From positions 1 to 47,537 of the forward strand of contig NW_021834860.1 of assembly GCF_006345805.1 (NCBI RefSeq): a DNA stretch of 47,537 nt, read 5' to 3'. A program made the translations under genes and the position numbers. Position 1 is the stretch's first letter; every line of letters begins with the position of its first letter. Under the pieces are notes generated by a model that was not told where the DNA came from, ran no database searches, and saw only the letters and a list, made by a program, of their open reading frames with translations. The DNA comes from Octopus sinensis (Eukaryota). Shown one piece after another: positions 25,061 through 41,477 of this stretch.

Positions 25061-25307
25061 ACTTCCAATAGTCAGTTTCAAAATATTTTGACTATTTATT
25101 AAAATTTTATGTATTGATTAAGTCTTCCTGTTTGTTTTGCAAAATAGTGGTTTTGTCTCTAATAATATTTTATAATATTTTACTATAAAATTGGATTTAA
25201 TCCTAATCTGATTTTTCCCTGTAAATTTGGATTTATTCCCTAATATTTATTATTTATACATATAGATATAAGATATATATATATATATATATATATTACA
25301 TGCAATC

Positions 25308-25341
<34 letters not shown>

Positions 25342-25544
25342 CATGCATATACATACATACATACATATATATATATATAATATATACATATATATATATA
25401 CATATATATGTATACACACACACACAGACATATACATACACATCTATTTCTATATCTAAGTATAATTATTTTTTGTAAATAATGGAGTATAAATTGTATC
25501 AGACCTCATCTAAACCATATTTACTTCGTTATTGCTGTTTTTGC

Positions 25545-25975
25545 AAGGCGGTGAGCTGGCAGAAACGTTAGCACGCCGGGCGAAATGCTTAGCAGTAGTT
25601 CGTCTGCCGCTACGTTCTGAGTTCAAATTCCGCCGAGGTCGACTTTGCCTTTTATCCTTTCGGGGTCGATTAAATAAGTACTAGTACTGGGTTCGATATA
25701 ATCGACTTAATCCCTTTGTCTGTCCTTGTTTGTCCACTCTATGTGTAGCCCCTTGTGGGCAGTAAAGAAATAAGAAACGTTAGCATGCCGGGCGAAACGC
25801 TAAGCTGTATTTCGTCTGTCTTTATGTTCTGAGTTCAAATTCCGCGGAGGTCGACTTTGCTTTTCATTATTTCGGGGTCGATAAATTAAATACCAGTTGC
25901 GTACTGGGTTCGATCTAATCGACTGGCCCCCTTTCCAAACATTTCGGGCATTGTGCCTAGTGTAGAAAACAATAT
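25545..25975 (+). mobile_element. Two tandem copies of tRNA-derived SINE family A
   Basis: GGCGGTGAGCTGGCAGAAACGTTAGC...GTTCAAATTCCGCCGAGGTCGACTTTGCCTT..ATCCTTTCGGGGTCGAT; the second copy starts at ~25775. The central domain resembles the Meta-type SINE core (from memory). Confidence 0.85.
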
Positions 25976-26671
25976 TGTTGTTTTTTTGCCATGCGAAATC
26001 TGCAAAGATGTATTAGATTGTCAGATAAATTCGATCGTCTTTTATTTTCCGCTTAAAAAAAATTTTTTTTGCAATCCTTGTTAATGTTATTTGAAATAAC
26101 AGGAAAAATATTTCTATAGTAGTGTTTTATGCTTTCTTTGTAGCTCTATTCTTCCTCTACATCTTTTGTTCATCGTTTTTCAAAATTTGAATAAATTTAC
26201 CTCTTCAGACATATGGCGATGGCGTTCTAAGTATACCCCCCCCAAAAAAAAAACCGATCGAATTTTTCTGACAAATACTGTGTAAAAAAAAATGTAGTTG
26301 TCCTTCATCTAATTATCATTAATCAATTAGCAATAAATTTGAAGTCATGATTATTCATTGTATTTCCTTATAAACAGGTTGGTTAATCAACCCATATATG
26401 ATTTAGAGTTAATTAAAATCAAAATATTAGTTAAAATACAAACTTTATAAGGGGATGCTTTTTTTTTAATGATGAATTTTCACTTTCCATTTTAAAGACT
26501 TTATAATTAATTAAAATTGAAATCTTAATTAAAATACAAACATTTTAATATCGTTTTAAAACAGCTCAACCATAACTTAGTAATCCTGTATATTTGCAAT
26601 ATTTTCTAATGCTATCTGTTACAAACGAAAAACTTTGGTTCCCAAATTTAAAAGTTCTTTATAATTTTTCG

Positions 26672-27010
26672 TAATCTATAAGAATACTGGCGCTCCGTCG
26701 GTTACGACGGCGAGGGTCCCAGTTGATCCGATCAACGGAGAAGCATGCTCGTGATATTAATGTGCAAGCGGTTGAGCACTCTACAAACACACATACTCTT
26801 AACGTAGTTCTAAGGGAGATGTAGCGTGACACAGCACGTGACAAGACGGACCTTTTGAAAAATACAGGCAGTGCTCATTTTTGCTAGCCGAGAAGACTGC
26901 AGCAACATGAAATATAGTTTTGCTCAAGGATACCACTTGCCACCTGGACTCGGGCTCACAGCCTTACAATCTTGCGCCGACTGCCCTAACCACGTTGCTA
27001 CGCGCCTTCA
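26672..27010 (-). mobile_element. tRNA/CORE SINE with LINE-like tail
   Basis: Head GTGAAGGCGCGTAGC..GTGGTTAGGGCAG; CORE-like CCTTGAGCAAAAC; tail ...GATCGGATCAACTGG...CGTCGTAACCGACGGAG. Confidence 0.7.
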
Positions 27011-27474
27011 CAAGCTCTTAGAATAAGGACCATACGTCCATACATACTTACACATGATTTCACCATCTCTGTTACCATACATGATTATATCTCTTAAATA
27101 TCTCAATCTCTTATCTTCTTCAATCGACTGGACACCCCTGCTTCGGTCAAACGAATTGGTTTGTTATTATTCCTGTATGGATAATTATTACCCACCCATT
27201 AAACAAATCCCTTGAATCCTGAATATATTTAACCTGTATACGTACGTTCTCTCACTTTTTTTTCATTATTTAAATTCTTCCTCTGAGAAAGGAGCTGGTT
27301 TCTAACAAATATACAAAACTCCATCTTTGGAATATTGATAACAATACAATGTCACAATTTAAAATTGAGCAAAGTCTTGCATATTTTTACTGTTCTACGT
27401 ACAAATTGTATTTGTAATGTGCGAATGAGTTGGTTGAATTCATTTTCAGAAAACCATAGCTTATCCAGATTGTC

Positions 27475-27504
<30 letters not shown>

Positions 27505-27506
<2 letters not shown>

Positions 27507-27721
27507 GAGGCGGTGCTGAAAAGTTATTGGTTTTAGGTAAAACAAAATACAGGATCAGTTAATCGAGATTTTATTCATCATATTCCCCTCTGAGATTCAC
27601 ACACTTATTGCAGCGGTCTTTCGGTTTTCCTAAGCTCTTTAAAAGAACTCGGAAGGTTGGGCCTCCAATCTGGCCTTTCACGAAACCCTTAAAACCAGAA
27701 ACTTTTCAGTACTTCCTCGTG
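27505..27721. mobile_element. ~220-bp mariner-type MITE, copy 3
   Basis: GCGGTGCTGAAAAGTT ... AACTTTTCAGTACTTCCTCGT, flanked by (TATG)n and (GT)n. Confidence 0.8.
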
Positions 27722-28419
27722 TGTGTGTGTATGTATATATGTCTGTCTGTCTGCCTGTCTGTCTGTCTGTATGTATGTATGTAGATTTTTGGAGTTGTTT
27801 TTTCTCTCACTATTTCAAGGGATTGCATCTAGCAAATTATATCGTTCCTAATGAAGTAAGTCTAAGCTTAATGAAATGCAATAGAGTATATAATGCTTAT
27901 ACATCATACACACACACAACACACACACACACACACAACACACACACACACACACACGCACAAGCACACACACACGCACAAGCACACACACACGCACACA
28001 CACAAACATTCTTGCACGTGCGCGTGTTATTTACCAACAGTAAGAGCAATTTATGAATTTATGATATTTGATACCATATATAGAAAATTAAAACAAAGAC
28101 ACCGACAACAACAACAAGAAGAACGAAAGCAATACAAATAACATTCACCCACGTCTATATAACACATTCAATGACCATTAGTCTCAGCCTGACCTGGGGC
28201 TAAGGAGCAACATGAACAACATTGCAATAATAACAGCCACAAAACCGACTAACTACTCTGGAAAAGGCAAGCACCACAATGTTATCAAATACAATCACAT
28301 TTTCAATAACAACAACAACAACAACAACAACAGCAACAATAGAAGATATAATAGTTACGGTTGGAATGCTTTTGATCATAAGTGCACTCGATCTAGTCTG
28401 ACCTGGGGCTAAACGACAG

Positions 28420-28607
28420 CAATAACAACAACAACAACAACAGCAACAAACACAACAACAACAACAACAACAGCGATTATAACAACTGCGTTGGCGAATA
28501 CAAGCTTATTAGGGACAATAATCTACAAACAACGCTAATTAAAACTACAACAGCAACAACTTACGCTGTGAGACAAGCCGCAACCACCACCGCCGCTACT
28601 GCTGCTG

Positions 28608-28659
<52 letters not shown>

Positions 28660-29003
28660 TGCTACCAGTACTACAACAGCCGCTGTAGCCATTGCAGACA
28701 CCATCACCATCACCACGACCACGACCACCACGACCACCACCACGACCACCACCATGACCCCCACCACGACCACCACCACAGACACCACTACCACAGACAC
28801 CACTACCAGCACCGCCGCCGCCGTCGCCAGCCCCCTCACCAACATCACCATAACCATTGCCGCCACAACAATTATTCTCTTCAAAACTATCAATGCTACC
28901 ATGGCCTACACCCAAACAACACCGTTATCATCACCATCATCGTCATCGTCGTCATCACTATCATCATCATCATCATCACCATCATCATCACCATCACCAT
29001 CAC

Positions 29004-29054
<51 letters not shown>

Positions 29055-29300
29055 CGTCTTCATTCTCATCATCATCGTTATCGTCTTCCTTCTCTTCCTC
29101 CTCCTCCTCCTCCTCCTCCTCGTCATCGTCGTCTTCATCATTACCACGGTCAGCATCATCGTTATCATTCTTCATCATTGTCGTCATTCTTGATCGTTGT
29201 CGTCGTCGCCATCATCATTACCATTATCGTCGTGGTCGTCGTCGTCATAGTCGTCATCATGATCATCATCATCATCATCAACATGAATAGTGATAGCATA
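28420..29300. repeat. ~900-bp triplet mosaic: (CTA), (CAC), (CAT), (CCT), (CGT)
   Basis: Directly visible. Confidence 0.95.
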
Positions 29301-29494
29301 ATACGATGACCACCATCGTTATCACGAACACAATTCCAACCTCCTCCTCCTCCATCACCTCGAGATTTCAAGGTGGCACCAGTATGGTCATATCTACTTG
29401 CCAGAAATAGCAGCCGAATCTCATTCAAATCACACTTTATCGTACCGTCGTTTTGAAACAGGATGGAAGCATTGGATAACGTGGTCGTAGATGT

Positions 29495-29860
29495 GTTATC
29501 TTTAATCGTTTCCTTGTTTCAGTCATTAGACTGCGGCTTTGCTGGGGCACCGCCTTGAAGAATTTTAGCTGTACGAATCGACAGCAATATTTATTTTTGT
29601 TTAAGCCTGTAATGTGCGAGTGAATTGGTTGAATTCTTTTTCTGAAAACCATAGCTTATCCATATTATAGGATAGGAGCGAGCCACTCCTAGGCGTAGGA
29701 GTGGCTGTGTGGTAAGTAGCTTGCTTACCAACCACATGGTTACGGGTTCAGTCTCACTGCGTGGCACCTTCGGCAAGTGTCTTCTACTATAGCCTTGGGC
29801 CGACCAAAGCCTTGTGAGTGGATTTGGTAGACAGAAACTGAAAGAAGCCCGTCGTATATA
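29495..29860. mobile_element. Family B SINE fragments: minus tail (29495-29590) and plus head (29695-29860)
   Basis: Match to the family B tail and head motifs above. Confidence 0.75.
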
Positions 29861-30059
29861 TGTATATATATGTGTGTCTCTCTGTCTCTGCCTATAACAA
29901 TCACTGCAAATACAAATATCAGCACCGTTACCCTATACGCAATAGCATCCAAGCTGCATCATTCAGATCATTCTTGCCCTTTCAACATCCTCAGCAGCAT
30001 CAAACATTCGGCCTTCACCATAACAACACCACTGCTATCAGCCTTACACCCGCCACTAT

Positions 30060-30270
30060 TATTAGTTTCAAATTTTGGCAAAAGGCCAGCAAATACATGA
30101 GAGGTGGGATAGTCAATTAAATCGACCCCAGGTCTTAGCTGATCCATTTTTTTTATCGACCCTGAAAAGGGCAAAGTCGACCTCGGTGGAATTTGAACTC
30201 AGAAAATAAATACGGACGAAATGTCGCTAAGCATTTTTCCCAGTGTGCTAACGACTCTACCAGCTCGCTA
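30060..30270 (-). mobile_element. Family A SINE
   Basis: GGGCAAAGTCGACCTCGGTGGAATTTGAACTCAG...CCAGCTCGC. Confidence 0.8.
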
Positions 30271-31179
30271 GCTTACATCAACCCCTAAATATGACTGTAG
30301 AGAGGTATCGAGGAGTCAAGACCGCGATGCAGTGGGAGTTTCTTTGAGGGTAAAGAATTAAAGGCCGAAACACTTGCACGAGGGAGTGAGGTCGATTCAG
30401 AGAAGTCTCTGTACGCCATCATGCAAGAATTTCAGCTGAAGATTTGATGTTCTCCCTAGAGTTTCTCACTATGTATGTATGTATGTATGTATGTATGTAT
30501 GTATGTATGTATGTATGTATGTATGTATGTATGTATGTATGTATGTATGTATATATGTATGTGCGTATGTGTGTGTGTATATGCATGTAAATATGTATAT
30601 ATGTATGCATGTATGTATGTATGTGTCCATGTATGGATGAATATATATATATCTTAAGCATGTGAGAGCTTACCGCATGGAACAAGACGCCGAAGGTGCT
30701 GCGATGTGTGAAAGAACCCGAAACCACATGATTGCGAATCAAGCTATTTATCTACATAGAAATGTCTATTAAAGATTAAAGAAATATTAAGCAAAACTTA
30801 AGATAAAGCAACAAATAACAAACATAACAACTACAATTACAATTATGCGAAAAAAGATAAGTAAGCTTAGCCTGTGTAAGTATACATAGAACAACATAGA
30901 AGAACAATGCATCTATACATACATGTATATACGTATCTCTCTATCCACCCATTCATTCGCACGCATACATATACGCACATATGTATATTAATGTGTGTGT
31001 GTGTGTGTGAGGGGAGGGCTGTAGACTGTAAAACCCTTAAGGATATCTTCCGGATAACTTCATCATACAGCATTAATTCCAAGTTGACAGATTTCATGCG
31101 GAATACCATCTACAACAGCAGCAGAGAACAACAAACACAATACCAGTGACAAGAAGACGAAGGAGAATAAGCAATGATA

Positions 31180-34744
<3,565 letters not shown>

Positions 34745-34969
34745 ACTCTGTCGCTTTCCTAGTCTCTTTTTGGTTTTCACCCACAAGCACATAACACATA
34801 TACTCTAACGTTTTGCCTCACATATTTAGATTTAGTTTGTGCTTATACACCAACCCACGCATGCCCCCCCCCCACACAAACATGCAAACATATGCAAATA
34901 TATACATATTCGCACACATGCACAAATATTTACATAAACACGGATATATACATATATATATGCTTATAA

Positions 34970-35283
34970 TCCACTGCGTGGCACCTTGGGCAACTGTCTT
35001 CTACTATAGCCTCGGTCCGACCAATGCCTTGTGAATGGATATGGTAGACGGAAACTGAAAGAAGCCCGTCGTATATGTATGTTTGCGTATCTACGTTTGT
35101 TCTCTCACAATTGCTTGACAACTGACGTTGACGTGTTTACGTCTCCCCGTAACTTAGCAGTTTGGCTAAAGAGACCGATAGAATAAGCACTAGGCTTACG
35201 GAGAATAAGACTTGGAGTCAATTTGTTCGGGTAAAAGGCGGTGCTCCAGCGTGGCCGCAGTCAAATGATGGAAACAAGTAAAA
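34970..35283 (+). mobile_element. Family B SINE, head-truncated
   Basis: CCACTGCGTGGCACCTTGGGCAACTGTC...GGCGGTGCTCCAGCGTGGCCGCAGTCAAATGATGGAAACAAG. Confidence 0.8.
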
Positions 35284-35284
35284 G

Positions 35285-36170
35285 GGTAGCGTGTACAAAG
35301 GAGTGTAAACAAGATTCGAACGCATTCTAAGAGATGAAGAAAACGGCAACAAGTTCTGGAATTGGCTGGAGAGGGACACCACCAAAAGAAATAAAAATAA
35401 TATTTGGTATGATAGCAAGAAGTTTCACAGTTATAATGTTTGTTGACGTTACACCTAGGAACGAATTAAGTAAGGCATTTAAGAAAAAGCTGCGCACAAT
35501 TGGCCTTAAAATGAAAGTTGTAGAAAAGACAGGTAGGACTATGAAATCTGTATTAAGTAAATCATACCCATTTGATAGACTCACGTGTTAGAATAATTGT
35601 GCAGTATGTTCTACAACTGCGTGGGTCCATCGAGCAGTTGCAGTTGTCGAGTGGTACCCGCGCGAGCGGGAACGACCGCTCGGAAGGCCTCCACGACGGT
35701 GGAGTTACGATTTCAGAAAGGCGATTGGGATCACGTGGATGAGAAAGGCGCGATCCAGAGAGGAGTGGACAGCGTGCTGTGATCAGCGGTGTCAAGTGGA
35801 CGCCCGACGGACTGGTCGGTCAAGGTGATGTTCAACAAACCCACATATGAACTGCAAAAAGAAAAATACAGTATACCAGATTAAGTGCCAAGAAGGTGCT
35901 TGCGTGGTTATCCCAGAGTCATATATTGGTGAGACTTCTAGGTGCATCAATGATAGGTTCAAAGAACACCTGGACAACTACATTGAAAAAAAAAAAACAA
36001 CCAAACTCTATCTTCTATCAGCATGCTGTAGACTGTCACAATAGCTCCTTAGGGAGACTTAGGTTAGACATCTTAGCTACACATCCCACTGATGCAATAC
36101 TGCGACAAGTCACTGTATACATGAATATAAACCCACCCTCAACCGTATATCCGAATGGGGTAACACAGAG
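35285..36170 (+). mobile_element. Penelope-like element 3' half (linker, Cys motif, GIY-YIG endonuclease), interrupted
   Basis: FVDVTPRNELSK...MKVVEKTGRTMKSVLSKSYPF, then NNCAVCS / NCKKKNTVYQIKC...YIGETSRCINDRFKEHL, the PLE-type VY.I.C...YIGET.R....RF.EH signature. Confidence 0.85.
35617..35828 (+). mobile_element. 5'-truncated RTE-clade LINE 3' end inserted in the Penelope fragment
   Basis: Frame VVEWYPRERERPLGRPPRRWSYDF...ARSREEW is a typical RTE ORF C-terminus. It is flanked by an 11-bp TSD, ATGTTCTACAA (35606-35616) / ATGTTCAACAA (35828-35838). Confidence 0.82.
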
Positions 36171-36417
36171 ATTCCACTCAGGAGTACCCATCTATAATCA
36201 CCCCTTTCTCTCGTTTGCATGTAGAAATCCATATATACATGTTGAGATGCATGATACTGAAATACATATATGTAGTTATATATAATCGTATGAGTGTACA
36301 TAGATTAATACTATGTACGCATGTGTAGATGAATGTGTGTGTGTGTTGTGTTGTGAGTATATGTGATGTATAAGAGTGCACATGTATGCACGTATGAGTA
36401 TGTGTGTAGATATAGTG

Positions 36418-36510
<93 letters not shown>

Positions 36511-36516
36511 ACATAT

Positions 36517-38153
36517 CAAGTTGCGGCAAAATGTTCAGAACGGGCATGTTTTCGTCAGGAAAAGTAGGTATAAGATTTATCAAAGTTGTTTTATATTTAT
36601 AATTTTTCACAGACCAATAAATACGATACTATTGGTTATTGTCTGAGATTTTGATGTAATTTGAGAGGATAATACAAAAGTTATTGATGATTTAGTGCTT
36701 ATTGCAAAACCCATGGCCGGCCAAAATGATCAAATGATCAGAACGGTTTGCTTTTACCCCGTGTTTAGTATATTTAACCGGCGAACTCTAAGTTTTGAAT
36801 TTGTTTAGGTGACGGTTCGTTTATTAAACATTAGTAAGAATATCTGCAGTGTACTTGTTAATATAATGCCATTTACTCCGTTACGAATTCGTCAGCAGAT
36901 TATTAAGCTTCGAAAGAAGGATAATTAAGTATGGGTCTATTGCAAAGATTGTTAACAAGTCAAAAAAGTGTTGTTCACGGATTCTTCAGGTCTACGGATG
37001 ATTGTGGTTCGTGTGAAGCTAGAAAGTCTACAGGTAGGCCAGAAAACGACCAAGAGAGAAGATCGTGCTATAGTAAAGCTGGTTAAAAGGGACATTTAAA
37101 ACTGCTGTTGCTGTTTCTCGGGAAATGAGCATTGTACTGAAGAAAAACTATATCTCGAAAAAACTGTCTCGTCGTTTAGTTTGAACATGACCTACAAGCA
37201 AGAGCACCTGCAGTGAAGCCACTGATCAGCTCCAAGAATAAAAAAGTGTTGTCTTACCTTTGCAACCGCCGAACATGTGTTGTGGTCTCAAGAAAAATGG
37301 CAAACGTTGCATTTTCAGTGATGAATCTAAGTTTATGTTATTTGGCTCAGATGGGAAAAGGTACGTTTCGTCGAAAAGTAGGTGAAAAATTGTCGCCTAA
37401 ATGCCTTAAACTAGTGTTAAATTCGGTGGAAGAAGTGTCATGGTTTGGCGGATGATATCTGGAGGGATGGTGTGGCCCTTTGGTGCGATTACATGGAAAG
37501 GTAAATGCAGAGTTTATAAACAACTTGTAAAAGATCATGTCTTGCCTGTGCTGAGAAATTCAACAAAGCGACCACCCATATTCATGCAGGACAATGCCCC
37601 ATGTCACAAGGCTAAGGTGGTCATGAACTTCCTAAAGTGCTGAAAAGTTATTGTAATGGATTGGCCTGCTCAAAGCCCAGATCTCAATCCTATTGAAAAT
37701 GTGTGGATGAATATTCTAGGAGAACGTTCGAAAGCCAGAATCCTAAAACAACCGAGCAATTATGGGATGCCCTTCAGGAAGAATGGAATAAGATCACTCA
37801 GCAGAAATTGAAAATTTAATTTCCTCATGCAGTCGAAGATGTCAAAGTGTGATTGAAGCTAAAGGGCTTCACACTAAATATTAAATAATTCCAGTATTCT
37901 CTGTCATTTTGATTATTTTGTTATTTTTTCAACCGTTCTGATCCTTTTGGCCGCCAGGGTTTTTGCAGTAAATCACAAATCATCCATAACTTTTGTATTA
38001 TCCTATCAAATTACACCAAAATCTCAGACAATAACAATTAATATTGTATTTATGTTCTGTGAAAATATAGAATATAAAACAAACTTTGACAAAATCTTAT
38101 ACCTACGTTCTGACGACGAAAACAATGCCGTTCTGAACATTTGGCCGCAACTG
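36517..38153 (+). mobile_element. Full-length decayed Tc1-family DNA transposon (DD34E, IR/DR ends)
   Basis: ~230-bp imperfect TIRs (36517-36748 and 37931-38153, ending CAACTG|TA). The transposase remnant at 36866-37884 has FSDESKF, FMQDNAPCH and WPAQSPDLNPIEN motifs; D at 37590 and E at 37695 give 34-residue spacing. Confidence 0.93.
36866..37884 (+). pseudogene. Tc1 transposase pseudogene (frameshifts and stops)
   Basis: Runs from MPFTPLRIRQQIIKLR... to ...VIEAKGLHTKY* across several frames, with an in-frame TGA after FLKC. Confidence 0.9.
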
Positions 38154-38264
38154 TATAAGTAAATAAAGCAACGAAAATATTTTGGCAAATTAAATGTCGA
38201 AGTGAATCTAACGGTAATTGTGTGTTTTTAAATGGCTTATAGACACCTTCCACGCTGCAATTGT

Positions 38265-38333
<69 letters not shown>

Positions 38334-38743
38334 AGCAGGTTTTGTCCAGCTAATGTTTCAAAAAAAGATGGGTGAATGTAGCAAGGATGGCACGTATGAA
38401 TGATGAAGCCGGAAAAATTTAAAACAGAGAGTTACTTTCTTGCAAATAAATGTGTTAACATGTGACATTATTGACCGAGGTTACCGTGGTCTTTTCCGTA
38501 GGCTTTTCTTTCCACGGATAAATCTTATCTGCTTCCCCCTTTACACTTTACATCATGACATTTCTGTGACACACGATCCCTATTGATCGTTTTTTTCTTT
38601 CTTTTTACGGTCCCTTTTGATCGAAAAACTACAACTTTTTCTTTTTTCTTTTTCTTTTCTTTTTTTTCTCCCCCAAAATAAAAGATCTACTTTGTAATTT
38701 ATCCCCTCTGTATTCAGTCCTGTGTGGCTAATAAAGAAACATA

Positions 38744-38860
<117 letters not shown>

Positions 38861-39329
38861 GATGGTTTTTTTTTAATGAAAAATTTGTGTCCACGATGTT
38901 TATGTAGAAAATTGTTGTAAGAAATTGTAAGAAAAGAAAAAAATACAATTCGCGCATTGTAATAGCGTGGACTCTACTAAATGTAACTAGTAATGACTTT
39001 AAACCGGGCAACCGTTAAAAGCATGTAAAGTCAAGAAGTATATCACCAGTACTTTGTTGCCAAGAAATGGGATAAGAAAATTATATACTCTGAATTAGCT
39101 GTCTTTCTGCTTCATAATGATGTACGGTACGATATTTCTCGATAAAACATAAACTGCACCTTTTTGAATAGTGGAATTTGTCCCATCAAAGATAAACTAT
39201 ACAATGTTGGTAGTTTCACCCTCATCAAAAAGTGATATAAGAGCGATATAGCGTTTTACCTGTGACTTTTTAAAAGAGTACATATAAAGAACAGAATATC
39301 CAAAACCCACAGAACATTCTACTTTCTAA

Positions 39330-39755
39330 CAAAGAGAAGCAATAGGCCACAAAACGAAGCTGAAGCTGTTAATCTACGGGCGTGAAAACTGGAAAGTAGA
39401 AAAAATGAAAGAAAAAATACAATTCACATGTCTTAGGAGAATATTCGACATCAAATAACAGAAAAGAATCCGAAACGACACAACTGAGATGACAACAAGC
39501 ATCAACAGGACCAGTGACGAAATGATACGCAAACAATATCGAAAAAGCGATTGTATGGCGGCACTAAAGTGGCAGCCTGAAGGGAAAGAGCAGCAGGACG
39601 CCCTAAAGCCATATGGCGAAGGACTATTGACAAGGAAAGAAGATGGGAAGAGTGGAGAAACTGGAATGGAACCAGAACAGCAGCAGAAATTAGAGCTCGA
39701 TGAAGATATCGTCTTACAGCCTTTTGTGCCGCATGACACGGAGAAAACTAACTAG
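39330..39755 (+). mobile_element. RTE-clade LINE 3' coding remnant
   Basis: LIYGRENW...CLRRIF.I....IRN, AALKWQPEGK, then frameshifted GRPKAIWRRT. Confidence 0.75.
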
Positions 39756-40629
39756 CATGTACTGTTATATGATGTTCCTAAAATAGTTTTATGTTAAGCC
39801 TACTTAACACAGTTCTGCAGGTTTTTCTGTTGTACAGGCTTCGTACACAACACAATGATTTATGCACACAACTCAGTGTTTTGATCATTAGAGCAATTAT
39901 TTTTTGAATTGTACTGCATTGTAAGAATTCTCTGATTATTTAATGGATTTTTCTTATACTTGTAGTTTTTATATTATTTCTGTTCGTTAATTTATGAAGT
40001 CTGCTGTTTTTGTGGGAGTAGTTGTTGATCGAAGAAAGAAATTGTTTTGTTACACAGGTCATAACATTCTTGCCGAGCAGTGGATTGAACCAAATTGTAT
40101 TTCTTTCTCTCTCTCTCCACCTAACACCACCTAAACACAGGTACTCCCAAGGAACCTATGCTACTGCTATTTTAACCCTAGGAGGACGCCTTTTCCAGCT
40201 AGTTATGCAGTGCAGTCTGCACTCAATGTGTATTGCATGCAGAGAGAGCACTCCCTACTATTTTAGTCCCGAGACTGCCAGACCGTACGGTTTCGACCTC
40301 TTTATGGCCATCCTCTGATTTATAGTACTCCGCTTGGCATAGCAGTAGTTTACTCCACCTCACAATATATACATCACAACAATTTGCTTCGAGGGACAAT
40401 ATGTGGGTACATAATTATTCTTTTTAATAGTTATTTCGAAGTTTTCCCAGTGATGGCTTATTCAAGCAGTTAGAAGACAGTAACCAAACTGCGAAGTCAC
40501 TAACAACAAAAATTCTAAGAAATATTAGAATCTACACTTGAATTGAATCCGTTATTCAATATTTGTTATTTTTAAGTATTCAAAAAGACATTCATTTTTT
40601 TAACATTAAATATATATACACACACATAT

Positions 40630-40652
40630 ATACATGCAAACAACACATATTC

Positions 40653-40735
<83 letters not shown>

Positions 40736-40803
40736 GTATGTATGTATGTATGTATGTATATGAATCTTAGAGAGAGAGAAAGGAGAGAGAGACAAAAGAA
40801 AGA

Positions 40804-40882
<79 letters not shown>

Positions 40883-41054
40883 ACTGTAATCAATATATTT
40901 CGAATGCAGGTGGTTCCAATGTATATTTCGAAAAGGTAAGTGTGAGAACAGATGTAGATTTCTCTGTTTCTGTTTTGAATGCAGGAAAAAAAATCAATAA
41001 ATCAAGAAAAATATTTTCATCATAATTGATAAGTTGTAAAAAAAAATGATGATG

Positions 41055-41126
<72 letters not shown>

Positions 41127-41130
41127 GGAT
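40630..41130. repeat. (TA)n, (AG)n and (AAT)n microsatellites
   Basis: Directly visible. Confidence 0.95.
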
Positions 41131-41477
41131 AATCATAACAACATAAGAAATAAATGAAAAACTAAGAAATGTAAAAAATTAAAGAATATAAAATGTAAAA
41201 AGATGTAAAAAAAAAAGAAGAAATTTTGAAATATATTTTCGATTTTCGTTTTGCGTTTTAAACAATTTTCAACTTCCGATTGTTGTTGCTGTTACTGCTG
41301 CTGCTGCTGCAGTCGCTGCTACTGCTACAGCTGGTGTGATTGTTGTTGTTGTTGTTGTTGTTGTTGCTGTTGCTGTTCTTGTTATTGTTGCTATTATTGC
41401 TTAACCCTTCAGTAATCCTGATGCGAGCAGACCAATGATCACGCGTGTTCCAGTCGTGGCCATCCTGCCTTTTTGTA

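Larger units (their letters stand above)
24461..25256 (-). mobile_element. Tandem pair of a non-autonomous hammerhead-bearing fold-back element (Penelope-pLTR/retrozyme-like)
   Basis: Copies at 24461-24800 and 24921-25256, separated and flanked by (TA)n. Each has 90-bp inverted arms around the hammerhead plus an ~85-bp tail. By eye the copies differ by 2 substitutions and 4 one-base homopolymer deletions. Confidence 0.7.

Noticed and set aside
24461-25256. CRISPR-like or satellite interpretation of the duplicated unit
   Set aside because: Only two long copies with no repeat-spacer pattern, in a eukaryotic context. An assembly duplication remains possible because four of six differences are homopolymer indels.
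28568-29290. 240-aa Thr/Ser-rich, mucin-like ORF
   Set aside because: Built entirely from stop-poor triplet repeats; overlapping frames on both strands are also open; non-ATG start and no domain or splice support.
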